NCBI RefSeq assembly: GCF_000002075.1
Contig: NW_004798090.1
Location: forward strand, 116,103-179,903
Direction: 5' to 3'
Length of the DNA: 63,801 nucleotides
Origin: Aplysia californica
Lineage: Eukaryota
Part shown: one piece after another, positions 25,601 through 37,234 of the stretch
Position numbering within the stretch: the first letter of the stretch is position 1
Layout of the letters: every line of letters starts with the position of its first letter
Notes under the pieces: generated by a model
Databases searched by the model: none
What the model was told of the DNA's origin: nothing
Seen by the model: only the letters and a program-made list of their open reading frames with translations
Position numbers and translations under genes: made by a program

Positions 25601-26061
25601 CACTTCAATACAAGCGCGAACAAACGTTTACGTTTCTATGATTTCACACAATTAGACAATTTGCCAAACGTGAGTTTTTAAAGGTCAGTTTTGAGTGACC
25701 ATATCTCGAGCGTCTCTTAACATGGATGAAACATTATAGTGTCAGATGATGATTAATTTTTATGTAGCTTTTACAATGTAATTGGTATGCTGCATGAGTG
25801 GGTGGTGCAATGCTTTAACATGATAATTGCGAGATTACGTTTTCAAGTTTCTTTTGGACGTCACAGAACGTTATATATTGTAAAATAATCCAAATAAACA
25901 GAAAAACAACAACAACAATAAACAAAAACAAGAACACACACTTTCAGAGCCAAAGCGAAAAGACAAACGAACAAACAAATGGCATTAACAAATAATTTTA
26001 ATGCAAAACGGAAGCCCAAATTCAGTTAGGAACTGTACAAATCAACAAATACATCCATACT

Positions 26062-26067
26062 TTTATT
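26062..26067 (-). terminator. Polyadenylation signal, copy 1
   Basis: AATAAA downstream of the stop, followed by T/GT-rich sequence on -. Conserved in copy 2. Confidence 0.6.
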
Positions 26068-26112
26068 GCCTTTTTTGTTGACGCACCATTCAAGACATGT
26101 CTTGTTGAATTC

Positions 26113-26158
26113 TCAAGGTAGGGCCAGTGGAGGTCCACCGGGAACATAGCACTCATGT
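26113..26158 (-). CDS. Copy 1, exon 4 (terminal)
   Basis: tatctccag| phase 2, (R)HECYVPGGPPLALP-TGA. Supplies the sixth Cys of the module. AATAAA lies ~45 nt after the stop. Confidence 0.75.
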
Positions 26159-26479
26159 CTGGAGATACAAGAATTCTCAAGATGAGAAGATAAGCTAATC
26201 ACAACGGAAGAGGCGGCTTTATTCAAAGGCTGTGACTCACTTTGAGTATCTTGGAGGCCAATGGCTTTAGTTCAAATAATATATTTTTTTGGTAAGTGTT
26301 TTACGGCGCTCGAAACTATAAAGTCATATGAACGCGCGGGGCGCACCTAATATTTTCAGTTGGTAGGAAATTTTGAATTTTGCCCGGGTGGTGGCGGAAG
26401 CCTACTCTTATCGATTTCAGACCACCAAGGGATCTTTATCGTGCGCAACTTTCACACGTAACCTCCTCAGCTACCGGCA

Positions 26480-26760
26480 CTGAGTCCTGCTTGCGTTATG
26501 TAGAAAGACAGAGGATAAAATGGTTTGGCCATCTGTTACGCATGTCACCTGACCTGCCAGCCTCGAGAACCTACAACACCAAGCACCCAGGCTATAAAGG
26601 AAGAGGAAGGCCACGCAAAAGGTGGATCAAGGGTGTCAAGGAAACCCTAAGAAAACATAACATCACGACTGAAAGAGCTGCGGAGCTGGCCTGCCAATAC
26701 TGCCATAGAAAACTGCATCTCCCCTCGACGCTTAACGACAACAGAGGATGAAAAAGTAAA
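26480..26760 (+). mobile_element. RTE LINE 3' end fragment
   Basis: IKWFGHLLRM ... GRGRPRKRW. Related decayed piece at ~21420-21680. Confidence 0.7.
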
Positions 26761-26971
26761 AATAAAGTGATGTAATGCTAAAGACACGAGCTCTGTTCTG
26801 CTATGCGGAGATCGGTGGTTCGATTCAACTGATCCCCACTGACAAAAACAAAAACAAAACAAAAACAACGAAAAGAAACATTCCCCCATCCCCCACTCTC
26901 GCCGGAATATTGAGGCACTCCATTACTTTTTTATGTAAGCGTCTTTGCTCTCTGCTACTCTCTCCCCCCTC

Positions 26972-27788
26972 CAGGGGCGGCTCGTGGGGCTAAAAAGTGG
27001 ACGTGCACAATTAAGCTATCGCTTGCTGAAGATAGTCAAGGGCCAAGGGCATAGTAAATGGGACGGTGTGCAATTTTAGGATCTTTGGGTTCGTGAGGGA
27101 GAACCTCGTGCTTTTATTTTCATTCTTTTTACTTGTCGCTTCTAGTACTGAATTTGTTTGTTAGCTAAACATCAAATTCGTTCATCCTGTATTAGAACTG
27201 AACACTCAAGTAATAACTTTCACTGCTCCACTACAAAACCATTCAAAGGCACAACTCATAGGACGGTCACGTTCACCTCCCTCAGGTTCACTGTCACAGA
27301 GTCACTTAAAATAGCGGCAAGACAGACAATGAACCAATCACAATTCACATGAGCACTCCGCTGGATTGCTCTGGGGCTCACATAATATTGGGAAAGAATA
27401 GCGTACGGTCTATCGCGTTTATTTTTAGACTGCTTACTGTGGGCTATGTTTCGGCACTATTCGGCTGGAGCACATTTGAGATGTGCCGTCTTATTAATAA
27501 ATGTACCGCTAAACTCGCTACGAGTGTCGTCATCGCTTGGGTTATCCCCAGGAGCGATTTATAGGTCAGGTTACACCGTTGAATATCCTATTATGTTTAG
27601 CTAAAGCGTTTGAACTTTGGCATGGTATAGTAGACGATTTAGCGCCAGTGAGGAACTTGTTTTGATATAATATTTGGTTAGTGTTTCAGGCTTCTTTTAA
27701 TATATTATTGTGGGTGTTTTACGTAATAGAACATTAAAAAATTTTGGGCAGCACTGCACGACCGTGCTCTATGGACGAACCGCGCCTG
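26972..27788. mobile_element. hAT-type non-autonomous element in intron 3 of copy 1
   Basis: TIR caggggcggctcgt / acgaaccgcgcctg. TSD cccccctc/tccccctc (7 of 8). Absent from the duplicate near 48500. Confidence 0.7.
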
Positions 27789-28235
27789 TCCCCCTCCCCC
27801 CAAAAAAAGAAAGATAGAGAGACCCCCAAAAAAATCTATAGAAAAAAATAATAAAAAAATACATTAAAAATAAACAAACAAACAAACAACAATAACCAAC
27901 CAAACAAAATAAAAATCAACAAAAAACAACAAGCTAACAATTAAATGAAATAAATAAATAAATAAACAAATAAATAGATAAATAAATAAATAAATCGAAA
28001 CAATAAATAAATAGCCAACATGAATAAATAAATACGTAAATAAATAAATATAAAACAACATTAAAAAAGCAAATGAATAGAGANNNNNNNNNNNNNNNNN
28101 NNNNNNNNNNNNNNNNNNNNNNNNNNNNNNNNNNNNNNNNNNNNNNNNNNNNNNNNNNNNNNNNNNNNNNNNNNNNNNNNNNNNNNNNNNNNNNNNNNNN
28201 NNNNNNNNNNNNNNNNNNNNNNNNNNNNNNNNNNN

Positions 28236-28740
28236 TTTGGTAAGTGTTTTACGGCGCACGCAACTGCATGAAAGGTCAAAATGAGCGCGCGGGGACACTT
28301 TGAACATTTTCAGTGGTAGGAAATTTCGAATTTTGCCAGGGTGGCGGCCAAAGCCTGCTCTTATCGATTTTAGACCCCCAAGGAATCTTTAACGTGCGCA
28401 CGGGACCTCAGAGATTTTTTGCACTTATTCGAGAAGGCTAGGTGTAGATCTTTCTTACCAGAAGATCAGGGGTGTGGTTGAAAGACAGCAGTAAGAAGGA
28501 ACCGAGGAATAGCAGTAGAAAGGCTGCAGAAAGAGTCACAAGCCCAGAGGAGGGGGCAAAGGAGGTGAGGGGGTCGGGGCAGGAAGTGGAGACGAAATCA
28601 GACGACAGAACATTGTTAAAGAGCTGGAAAGGAGGTGAAAGGAGACAATTTTAGAGAAGAAAAATGTTCCGTCGCTACACGGATTCGAACCCGTTACCTT
28701 TGAATGAGAGGCGAGCACCTCAACCGCTAGGCCGTGAGAG
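28236..28740 (-). mobile_element. SINE family A
   Basis: Reverse complement of 23136-23668, inside intron 3 of WAP-VWC copy 1. Confidence 0.8.
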
Positions 28741-28819
28741 ATAACAATTCCCTGAAGTGGGATGGCCTACATTTTTTAGAGAGGGCCCCAAACTTCAAGT
28801 GAGAAAACGCTAGGTTTAC

Positions 28820-28958
28820 CTGTAGCAGGTCAGTTGTCCGTCAAAACACCAGCACATCCCGCAGGACTCGGTGTCTTCCCCATCAACAGCTCGGGTATGG
28901 TTCATCGTGTCGCGGTGAGCGTACGTCTTCCCTCCGACTCCGGTGCACGACTTTGTCA
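28820..28958 (-). CDS. Copy 1, exon 3: VWC/pacifastin-like Cys module
   Basis: ctctacag| ... |gtaaac, phase 1-2, in frame with exon 2: (V)TKSCTGVGGKTYAHRDTMNHTRAVDGEDTESCGMCWCFDGQLTCY. Confidence 0.8.
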
Positions 28959-29176
28959 CTGTAGAGTAATAATTGTAATGATATTAACAGCAACAACAAC
29001 AGNNNNNNNNNNNNNNNNNNNNNNNNNNNNNNNNNNNNNNNNNNNNNNNNNNNNNNNNNNNNNNNNNNNNNNNNNNNNNNNNNNNNNNNNNNNNNNNNNN
29101 NNNNNNNNNNNNNNNNNNNNNNNNNNNNNNNNNNNNNNNNNNNNNNNNNNNNNNNNNNNNNNNNNNNNNNNNNNNN

Positions 29177-29528
29177 TCTTCTATCCCGTTGTTGGGGCAA
29201 CCGTGGGGGCACCACTGCTTCTGAAAACCAGCTCTCGCCATCTATTTTTGTCCTCTGCTTTCCTCAGATTGTCACACATCGTCTTTCCTGTCCACTCTGT
29301 AATGTTGTCCTCCCATCTCCTTCTCTGCCTTCCTCTCTTTCTCTTTCCTTGTACGGTTCCTTGCAGGATTGCTTTGGCAAGTCCTGTGGATCTTGTGACA
29401 TGCCCATACCATTTTAATTTTCGTCTCTTCACTGTGGTCAGTAGATCGTCATATTGCCTCACTGCGTTGGTGATTCTCTTTCGTACCTCAGCATTTGAAA
29501 CGTGGTCTTTGTACGAAATTATACTCAT
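29177..29528 (-). mobile_element. RTE LINE 3' end fragment in intron 2 of copy 1
   Basis: RKLKWYGHVTR ... GKRKRGRQRRRWEDNI. Confidence 0.8.
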
Positions 29529-29863
29529 TAAAAACTAATAAACAATAGTAAGAATGTATGATCGGAAGGCCAACGTCGAATTTAGCTGAATTCGGTCGCA
29601 TTGTGTCAAAACAGAGGTCACAGCACCGTCCATAAAGGAAAAAATATGGCTGGCCATGCCTCAATTAAGAAGAATGCGAATGGCAATGTGTATTGGGTAC
29701 AGTCTTATCTTATCTTACCTTATCTTAGATTTTTGACATACCGTTAATGTTGGACTGCGTATCTTATCTTATCTTATCTTATCCATCTTATGGCAGGTGT
29801 TTGACTTACCGTTTATGTTGGACTGCTTATCTCATCTTATCTTATGGTAGATGTTTGACTTAC

Positions 29864-29983
29864 CGTTATAGCAGGACTTCCCGGCACAGGAGTCGGTGCA
29901 ACACATAGCCCCTCGCCGGCAGTCAGCATCCCTGCTACACTCTTCTCCGCAGGGAACAGTTGCGTCGGGATCCGAAGGACATG
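29864..29983 (-). CDS. Copy 1, exon 2: WAP (four-disulfide core) domain
   Basis: 120-nt phase 1-1 exon, ctctcag| ... |gtaagt, encoding (A)CPSDPDATVPCGEECSRDADCRRGAMCCTDSCAGKSCYN. Eight Cys in WAP spacing with the D-x-D-C ... CC motif. Confidence 0.85.
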
Positions 29984-30929
29984 CTGAGAGTTTGAATTTG
30001 AAAAGAACCTGTATCATGTAGAGTCAAAACTGCTCAAACAACTACATGTCTAAGACAATCACCTGTACAAATGAGCCCTTCCAACATTCCCCTTGTATTT
30101 TCCAATTATTATAATGACTCTGATAGGGACTACCGGTCTAAAAGGACCAATCTTCTTTTCGACAATGGGAGATCGTATTGAATAGATTCAACTGTATATC
30201 ACTGGCCTCTATGGTGTACCGGTTAGACACTTCACAGTCTTAGGAAAGGGGCACGGGTTCGATTCCCGAGTGGGTTAGAAGCCTACCTCCTAGATGATCT
30301 TAATTGTGTTGATGGGGGCGTAAAGACATCTATATTAAAAAGATGCTCGGTGTCACTTTCTCACTCAAGTACACTAATAGTAAATGAACACAAACAACTA
30401 GTTTAAAAGTTCTGAATGAAGGGCTTGTTAGGTACTCCCAGGTATGGTCAAAAACGTAAAGAGACGCATCACATGACTGGGGAATCTACTGTTTTGAAGG
30501 AGACCTAGATCGTGGTTGGACTACAAGAATCCTGATGTAACTAAACGTTTAAATACACACGCTTTCAGAAATGTAGTATTTCGATGTAGCCTTCCGGAAA
30601 GAAAGCTCCTGCGGCTTAGGCCTACTAATTATATTTTCCATGGCTCTTCAGTTAAGTAATTCCAAAAATCATATTACATGATAACGTAATATTATGTCTT
30701 CTCTGGGACATACTACGTTACTACAATTTACGTGAATCACGTTGCATAATTAATAGATTTCACTATCTGACGACAGATAAAAAAAATGACGCGAGACTGC
30801 TGTTTACTGGGGATATGGTATCCTATTCATAGGGGCCGGCAATCGAACTCATGATCTGAAGATGGCACATTTAACAATTAATTTGAAAAAGAAATGATTC
30901 TGCCGAAACAAAGGCGAAATACTCATTAC

Positions 30930-31002
30930 CAAGCTCAGGCAACCGAATATATGCTTGGGTCCCAATAGACGCAAGAAAAAGAAGAAATAAACAAGCGTTC
31001 AT
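30930..31002 (-). CDS. Secreted WAP + VWC/pacifastin-like protein, copy 1, exon 1 (signal peptide)
   Basis: gccATG then MNACLFLLFLASIGTQAYIRLPEL, with a hydrophobic core and T-Q-A cleavage-like site. Phase-1 donor G|gtaatg. Conserved in the duplicate. Confidence 0.75.
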
Positions 31003-31118
31003 GGCGATATACAACAGTATAGAGGAAAACCGAAGTGCAGGAAAACTGGTGTGAAGTTGGTCCAGTTAGTTTCAGGACAGCGACAACCTGAGATCTCCGA
31101 GGCTTGTGATCTGTTCTT

Positions 31119-31126
31119 CTTTTATA
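31119..31126 (-). promoter_or_regulatory. TATA box of WAP-VWC gene copy 1
   Basis: TATAAAAG ~120 nt upstream of the ATG, conserved in copy 2. Confidence 0.6.
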
Positions 31127-31431
31127 CTGGGTTTCCTAGTGTTGACGAGAGAGGATATTTTCAGACTTTGAAGTGTGTTTTAAAGCCACCCAGAGTAATT
31201 GTAATGCGCGGCAGCTGGCTATCGCCAAATATTAGTTTTCGTAACAACCACCGCTACACCATTAACAACATGGATTAAATGGTCTTAATTTTGACAATCA
31301 TTGTCGTAACATGACCTCTCTCCACATATGTAGAGATTACGCACTCAGAGGACAATGGGTGTGGTATGGTGCGCCCTATTCTCCTTGTTTGATCACTTGT
31401 TACTATCATAATGACTGATGGCAATGAGTCT

Positions 31432-31917
31432 ACATAACAAGAGGGTCCACTCCTCTCTTTGAGCAAATTAAAAAAGTGTCCTCAAAATTCGGTGGCACCC
31501 TCTTCGCAAATGCGCACCATTTGCGAACAGAGTTACCCTACTTAAAAAAAAAATCAAAGTGAAACTAACAAGTTTTTAAATAAATAAGAATTCAAATTTC
31601 GGAAGAATGCTTTTTAAAAATGGTTACGCTGACAAAAAACCTCTCCCGGAGGAAAGGGCAACTTTTTTCTTCGTTTAATTTGACTTTAGAATAAGAGGCG
31701 AGAGAGATCATTAAATTAAAAAAAACCTTAAAACTCCGCACTGAAAGAATCCGAACAGCTGATGAACAGCATTCAATCTGCGCACGCAAGGAGGTGCTAT
31801 TCCTATTCTTCTTCCGGAGAAACGAAAGAGAACTTCAAAACAGACTGCAGCGCCATCTGAAGCGAGAGCGAACTTCCGGCAGACACTTTTTTGGCTGAGT
31901 GGACCATCTTGTTATGT
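31432..31917. mobile_element. MITE with ~21-bp TIR, TA flanks
   Basis: acataacaagagggtccactc / gagtggaccatcttgttatgt. Second copy in the opposite orientation at 36769-37234. Confidence 0.8.
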
Positions 31918-32164
31918 ACTATCTTTGCTGATGGTTCGTTTCTGTGGGTATACTCGATCTCGACGCGTCTGCACATAATTTGTTTGAAGTAGGTCACTTG
32001 ATCTCAACACGATGGAGTATCATGGAGGTGAGTCCATTGTTGAAGCAAACAATGGACGGACAATATTATAGCGGCGTGGTATCTTTATCTCTATCTATTA
32101 TATTTGTGAAAATTCGTTACCTTTGGGCGCCTAAAACTTCCGAATCACTTAACTTTTGAATTTG

Positions 32165-33140
32165 AAAAAAATTTACGGTGGTTCAGAATCATTTAAAGGA
32201 TGCACAGTTTTATTGAAGAGTCTCAGGTCACTGTAGTTTAATTTTCAGATTTTAATTAGTTTCGTTTATATGCAATCTTGGGAAAGTCCGTCTTCTAAGA
32301 CGCCACTGTAAACAAGTGAGGCTTCCGTTCACAGGTAGTGCGCACTGGTTCCATAATGACTTAACGATCGATTCTTTTGAGTCCGTTCAACGAACGGGGT
32401 ACCCAGCTAATCTCTATCTCTATATATTATACTAACCGGGCCCCTTTTTGATGAAAAGAACGATCGGTGCATAAACATCAACTGAAACTCATTGGCCTAC
32501 TATATTTACACTCTACTGGAATGGAGCAATGCATCTTGAGAGATGAAAACAATTAGAAGGTCTAGATCTATACTCTCAAAACAAATGCGCCTCGCGAAAT
32601 ATCACTTCAGGCAGTTCCGTTGTGAAAGACAGCAACGCAGATTTCTTTCGTTTCTCAGTGGAATAATCACAAAGGCCAAAGAACGACTATAACTTCGTGT
32701 CTAATATATTCCTTTCTTACTTCAGGAAATGAATAAATATAAAATCGGGCTCCGTCGTGGGACCTATTTATCTTTTTGAAGATACTTGCCAACTTTCAAC
32801 TCTGTAGCTGTCCTGGTTTTATGGGGAAAGTGACACATGTGTTTCCAAGTAGTCAAATATATAATACATGTATAGATTGATTCTCTATTCCGCTTTCGTG
32901 GTTGTACACTCCATAATTTCAAAGGTGCGGAAGCAGTGCGCACTGCTAGTGAATGAAAACCTCACTTGTTTACAATGGTGTCTTAGAAGACGGAATTTCC
33001 CAAGATTAGATCTAAACGAAACAAATGAAAAACTGAAAATTAAACTACAGTGACTTCAGGCTCTTCAATGAAACTTAGTACATGTAATCTTCAGCACTTA
33101 TATGGCCTTATTATGTTACCAGTGCCGTAAAACTTTTACG
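32165..33140. repeat. Long inverted repeat (foldback/MITE-like)
   Basis: ~32210-32352 is the reverse complement of ~32929-33069, with a ~580-bp spacer. Confidence 0.7.
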
Positions 33141-36100
33141 AACACTAAACTTAGAGTCCGTACGGGGTCACGTGACGCGGGAACTTTTGAGTTTGTTGGC
33201 GGCCATGTGCGAGTTGGCAAAGAAGTCTGCTTGAATGTGAGTGCGCTCTTAATAAGGAATGTGTTTTGTTAGATTGAACGTTGTGTTTTAATCCAAAGAG
33301 ATGTTAAAAGCACAAGCCAGTGAAACGTCTAGTCCTTTTTTGGATTAACGTCTTAAAGCCTTAGAGACTTTCTCGACTGTAAATTCATCACCAGCATACG
33401 TCTGCTTAGTCTGGGACGAGGAAGACAGAAGAAAATGAGACCAGAAAGGATGGTGCAACCCAGATGTGTCTATCAATGTACTAAGAAAGACTCCTAAGGA
33501 ACTCCTCTTTATTTTCACTAGAAAGAATAAGATTGATAAGAATTTAGACAGATTAGATCCAGATCTATGTTTTGAAGTAAACATTCGAAAAGATTAGGAG
33601 CCTGGGCTTATCAAAGCCTACCTTTCAGTTAATTAATATCAGTCTAACCGCTGTAATTTTGCCACGCCTTTGTGTTAAATTACTTATTAAAAATCACAAA
33701 ATCCAAGCAAAATCTACTATTCTGAGGTACTAATTTCACTCTCTTGACTCACTGACTTAAGATATAAAAACACAAACAGGCATAAGCCTGAAAGCATTCA
33801 CAGTAGTATAAACGTATCAGCAATAATATTTTAATGGGGTGATGATGGATAGGAGCAATCAAAGATAGGCTGCTATTGTAACCTTGCTCGGGTCTAAAAT
33901 GTATGATGTAATATAGGCCTATAGGGTATATTAGTGACAAAGGAAACCATATCCAGACTGCGCATTATTGCGGAGCTTGTTATTATATTATGTACAACTT
34001 ATAATCTGTGTTTGGTACACATTTTCTATTTCACGAATGAATTTGAACAACTCATCACTGCTTTTTTCATGCAATTCATTGATGTCTGTTTTCTTTCATT
34101 ACATCATCTATGGGTGGGTTTTATTTTTTTTATATTTTTTTTTTTTTGGGGGGGGGGGAGACAGGGAAGTGCATAGAGGTTGAATGTAAAGCTATTGGAC
34201 TACAGTAAGTTTGACTCGTTGATTTTAAAAAGACTTNNNNNNNNNNNNNNNNNNNNNNNNNNNNNNNNNNNNNNNNNNNNNNNNNNNNNNNNNNNNNNNN
34301 NNNNNNNNNNNNNNNNNNNNNNNNNNNNNNNNNNNNNNNNNNNNNNNNNNNNNNNNNNNNNNNNNNNNNNNNNCCCTTGTCTCTCTCATATACCAAGACC
34401 ATACTACATCAAAGATTGAATTACACAAGTTTGCTACGACGCTGTTGTATCTTTAAGAGATTTTTTATGGTCACGAGGTCAATTCGTCGGGTCCGCTGGT
34501 TTGCCATCTTGCGCCCCCCACCCCCACCCCAGGAAAAAAAAGAAAAGAAAAGATAAAAGACAAACAAAGAAAAAACAAATAAAAGACGAAAAAGAAGGAA
34601 CATAAAGAATTAATATGTTCATAGTATAGCGTCCTTATGACTTCATCTCATTCAATTGAACTCTACAGTGCAAATGTAACGTGCTTTTTGAGGGCTTGGT
34701 TTATGAATAAAAAGAAGTAGATCTGGGAGTTTTTACGCCAAAATGGTCCCTTTTTGGCTCAGTCATGGGAAGTGTGTAATTCCAGGCTGAATTAAGGGAA
34801 TTCGAATATCTCGTGGGCTAAAGCTGGAAAACAGTTGGAGGAAATCGGTTGTAATACCCAATCTCTCAAACATGAGACTAAAAGTGTTATTATAGCCTTT
34901 AATAACGGTATGGGTTTAACGATCTGATTAACATTACTAGGTTGTTTAAGAGGCAGGGCCTCCGAAAATAACGTCCGTCTCCGATAGGACGGCCGAGCCA
35001 ATTGGGCAAAGAACCTTGGAAATTCCACATTGTGGTCCTAGCTCAAGATCACCCAGTCTAGGATTCAAACCAAGGCCAGCATCTTCATGGTCCAGCATAT
35101 AGCAAATAAGCTAACGGAACGCCCACTACAGCATATTATGGCACTTAATTAAGGGCATATCATGCTATTAAATATTATTAGATCTAGAGGTTCCACTGGG
35201 CTGGAAACTATTGATTTCAATTTTTGATTTTCAAGACAGGCAATTTAGTTGTAATAATTCACCAGGGCCAAATTAATAGTTCGTTATTGGGTCGACTCAT
35301 TGGCCAGAATTAAATTGCTCGCAGGCCGGATCTGGCTCGCGGTTTATAGTTTGCACACGTCTGATTTAGAACATTTAGGAGGCAGGCGAATATCCTCCCC
35401 ACACGGGAATCTAACTTGGGTCTTTTGGATGCGTCACAAAGCGTTTAACCGCTACTTCATAGACCCTGGTCTACTTCATTTGTGAGAATCAGAATGTGAA
35501 CGTACCTTGTTGCAATGTTTAAAAGATTATTAATTTTGTTGTTATAAAAAAAAATAAAAAATAAGCATTTTGTGTATTGATAAATAAATAAATTGGTAAG
35601 TAGTCTCTATCATGTAATCAGTGTATTAAATGAACAAGTTTATAGATACCTGGTCGGCATCGGTTATCCGGCCCACTTTGAAAAAAAAGGTTGATGAACC
35701 CTGGTTTGGGTAATATGGTTTAACAGTTTAGTTCTGCGGTCACAAGACTGAGCACATATCATGCCGTAGGCAGACTCATTATGGGTGGTGTCTGCTTTTT
35801 TAAGTGCATTGTTTACGTGTCAGTCCATAGCCACCAAAGGCCCTCAATAATCGCCGAGCTGTTACCAAAATCTGCCATTCAACTGGCACAGATGGCAATA
35901 ATTTGCGAGGCTATCAATCCTATCATGACCATAGTAAATGAGAAGCAGCTTTTAGTGTAGAGGCACGCAATTTGGTTCTAGAGCTACGTCTTTTTTCGTA
36001 ACTGGAATGACAAACATGTTAGATTCAGATTTGAATTGGCCTCCTACAAAGTGATTATGAATTACAAAGGACAGACAACGCCTAGACACAAAGAAAAGAA

Positions 36101-36768
36101 AGACTATGAATTTATTATATGAAAAATGCTCACAGAAATACTTAAAAGGCAAATACATATTTTGACTGGCAAAACAAAATAGGCCTACAAGACAAAATGT
36201 TCATAATGACTACAGCTTAAGAGCTCCCAAGACAAATGCTCAAAAGGACTAATTCTTAATACAAAATCCTGATGGCTAGCGTTGCTAGCAATGCAAGATT
36301 AATCCTTATCAAAATAAATGTTCGTAAGACGGAGTTCACAGTACATTGCTTCTCTCCAAAAGCCAAATGTTCTTAATAGAAATCCTCACAAGATTCACAA
36401 ACCAAAAATTCTCAAGATAAATGCTAACAAGACAAATGCTCGTAAGACCTAGAAGACACATGCCCACAAAGCAAATCTCTGCAAGACAGATACTAACAAA
36501 AGAAATATTTAAATAACTTCAAAGACATACGATTACAAAACATAGGCTTACAAGCTAAATGTCAAACAAACAAACAAACAATTGTAGATGTTTTACGCCC
36601 CTCTCAACACAATTTGGATCATTTAGGAAGTAAAACCAGATGCATCGACACAGCCTGTCTGGTCTAAGAAGAATGCATCATCCTAGTCTAGACAAAAGAT
36701 GGAAATGCTCGATAAAAACTATATCCCCACATTGGAATCGAATCCGTGTCTTCTGTGTCAAAGATAGA

Positions 36769-37234
36769 ACATAACAAGATGGTGCACTCAGCCAAAAAAG
36801 TGTCCACCGGAAGTCCGCTCTTTGCTTCAGATGGCGCTGCAGTCTATTTTGAAGCTCTCTTTCGTTTTTCCAGAAGAAGAATAGGAACAGCACCTCCTTG
36901 CGTGCGCAGATCGACTGCTGTTCATCAGCAGTTCGTGTTCGTTCAGTTCGGAATTTTAGGTTTTAAAAATTTTAATGACCTCTCGCCTTTTAATCTAAAG
37001 TCAAATTAAACGAAGAAAACAATCACCCTTTCCTCCGGAAGAGGTTTTTTTTGTCAGCGTAACCATTTTAAAAAAGCGTTCTTCCGAAATGTATCCAAAA
37101 AACTTGCTCGTTTCAATTTGATTTTTTAAACTCAAGTAGTGTAACTCTGTTCGCAAGGGTGCGCATTTGCGAAGAGGGCGCCACCGAATTTTGAGGACAC
37201 TTTTTTAATTGGCTCGTGGCCCCTCTTGTTATGT
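36769..37234. mobile_element. Same MITE family, opposite orientation
   Basis: Reverse complement of 31432-31917 along its whole length. Confidence 0.8.
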
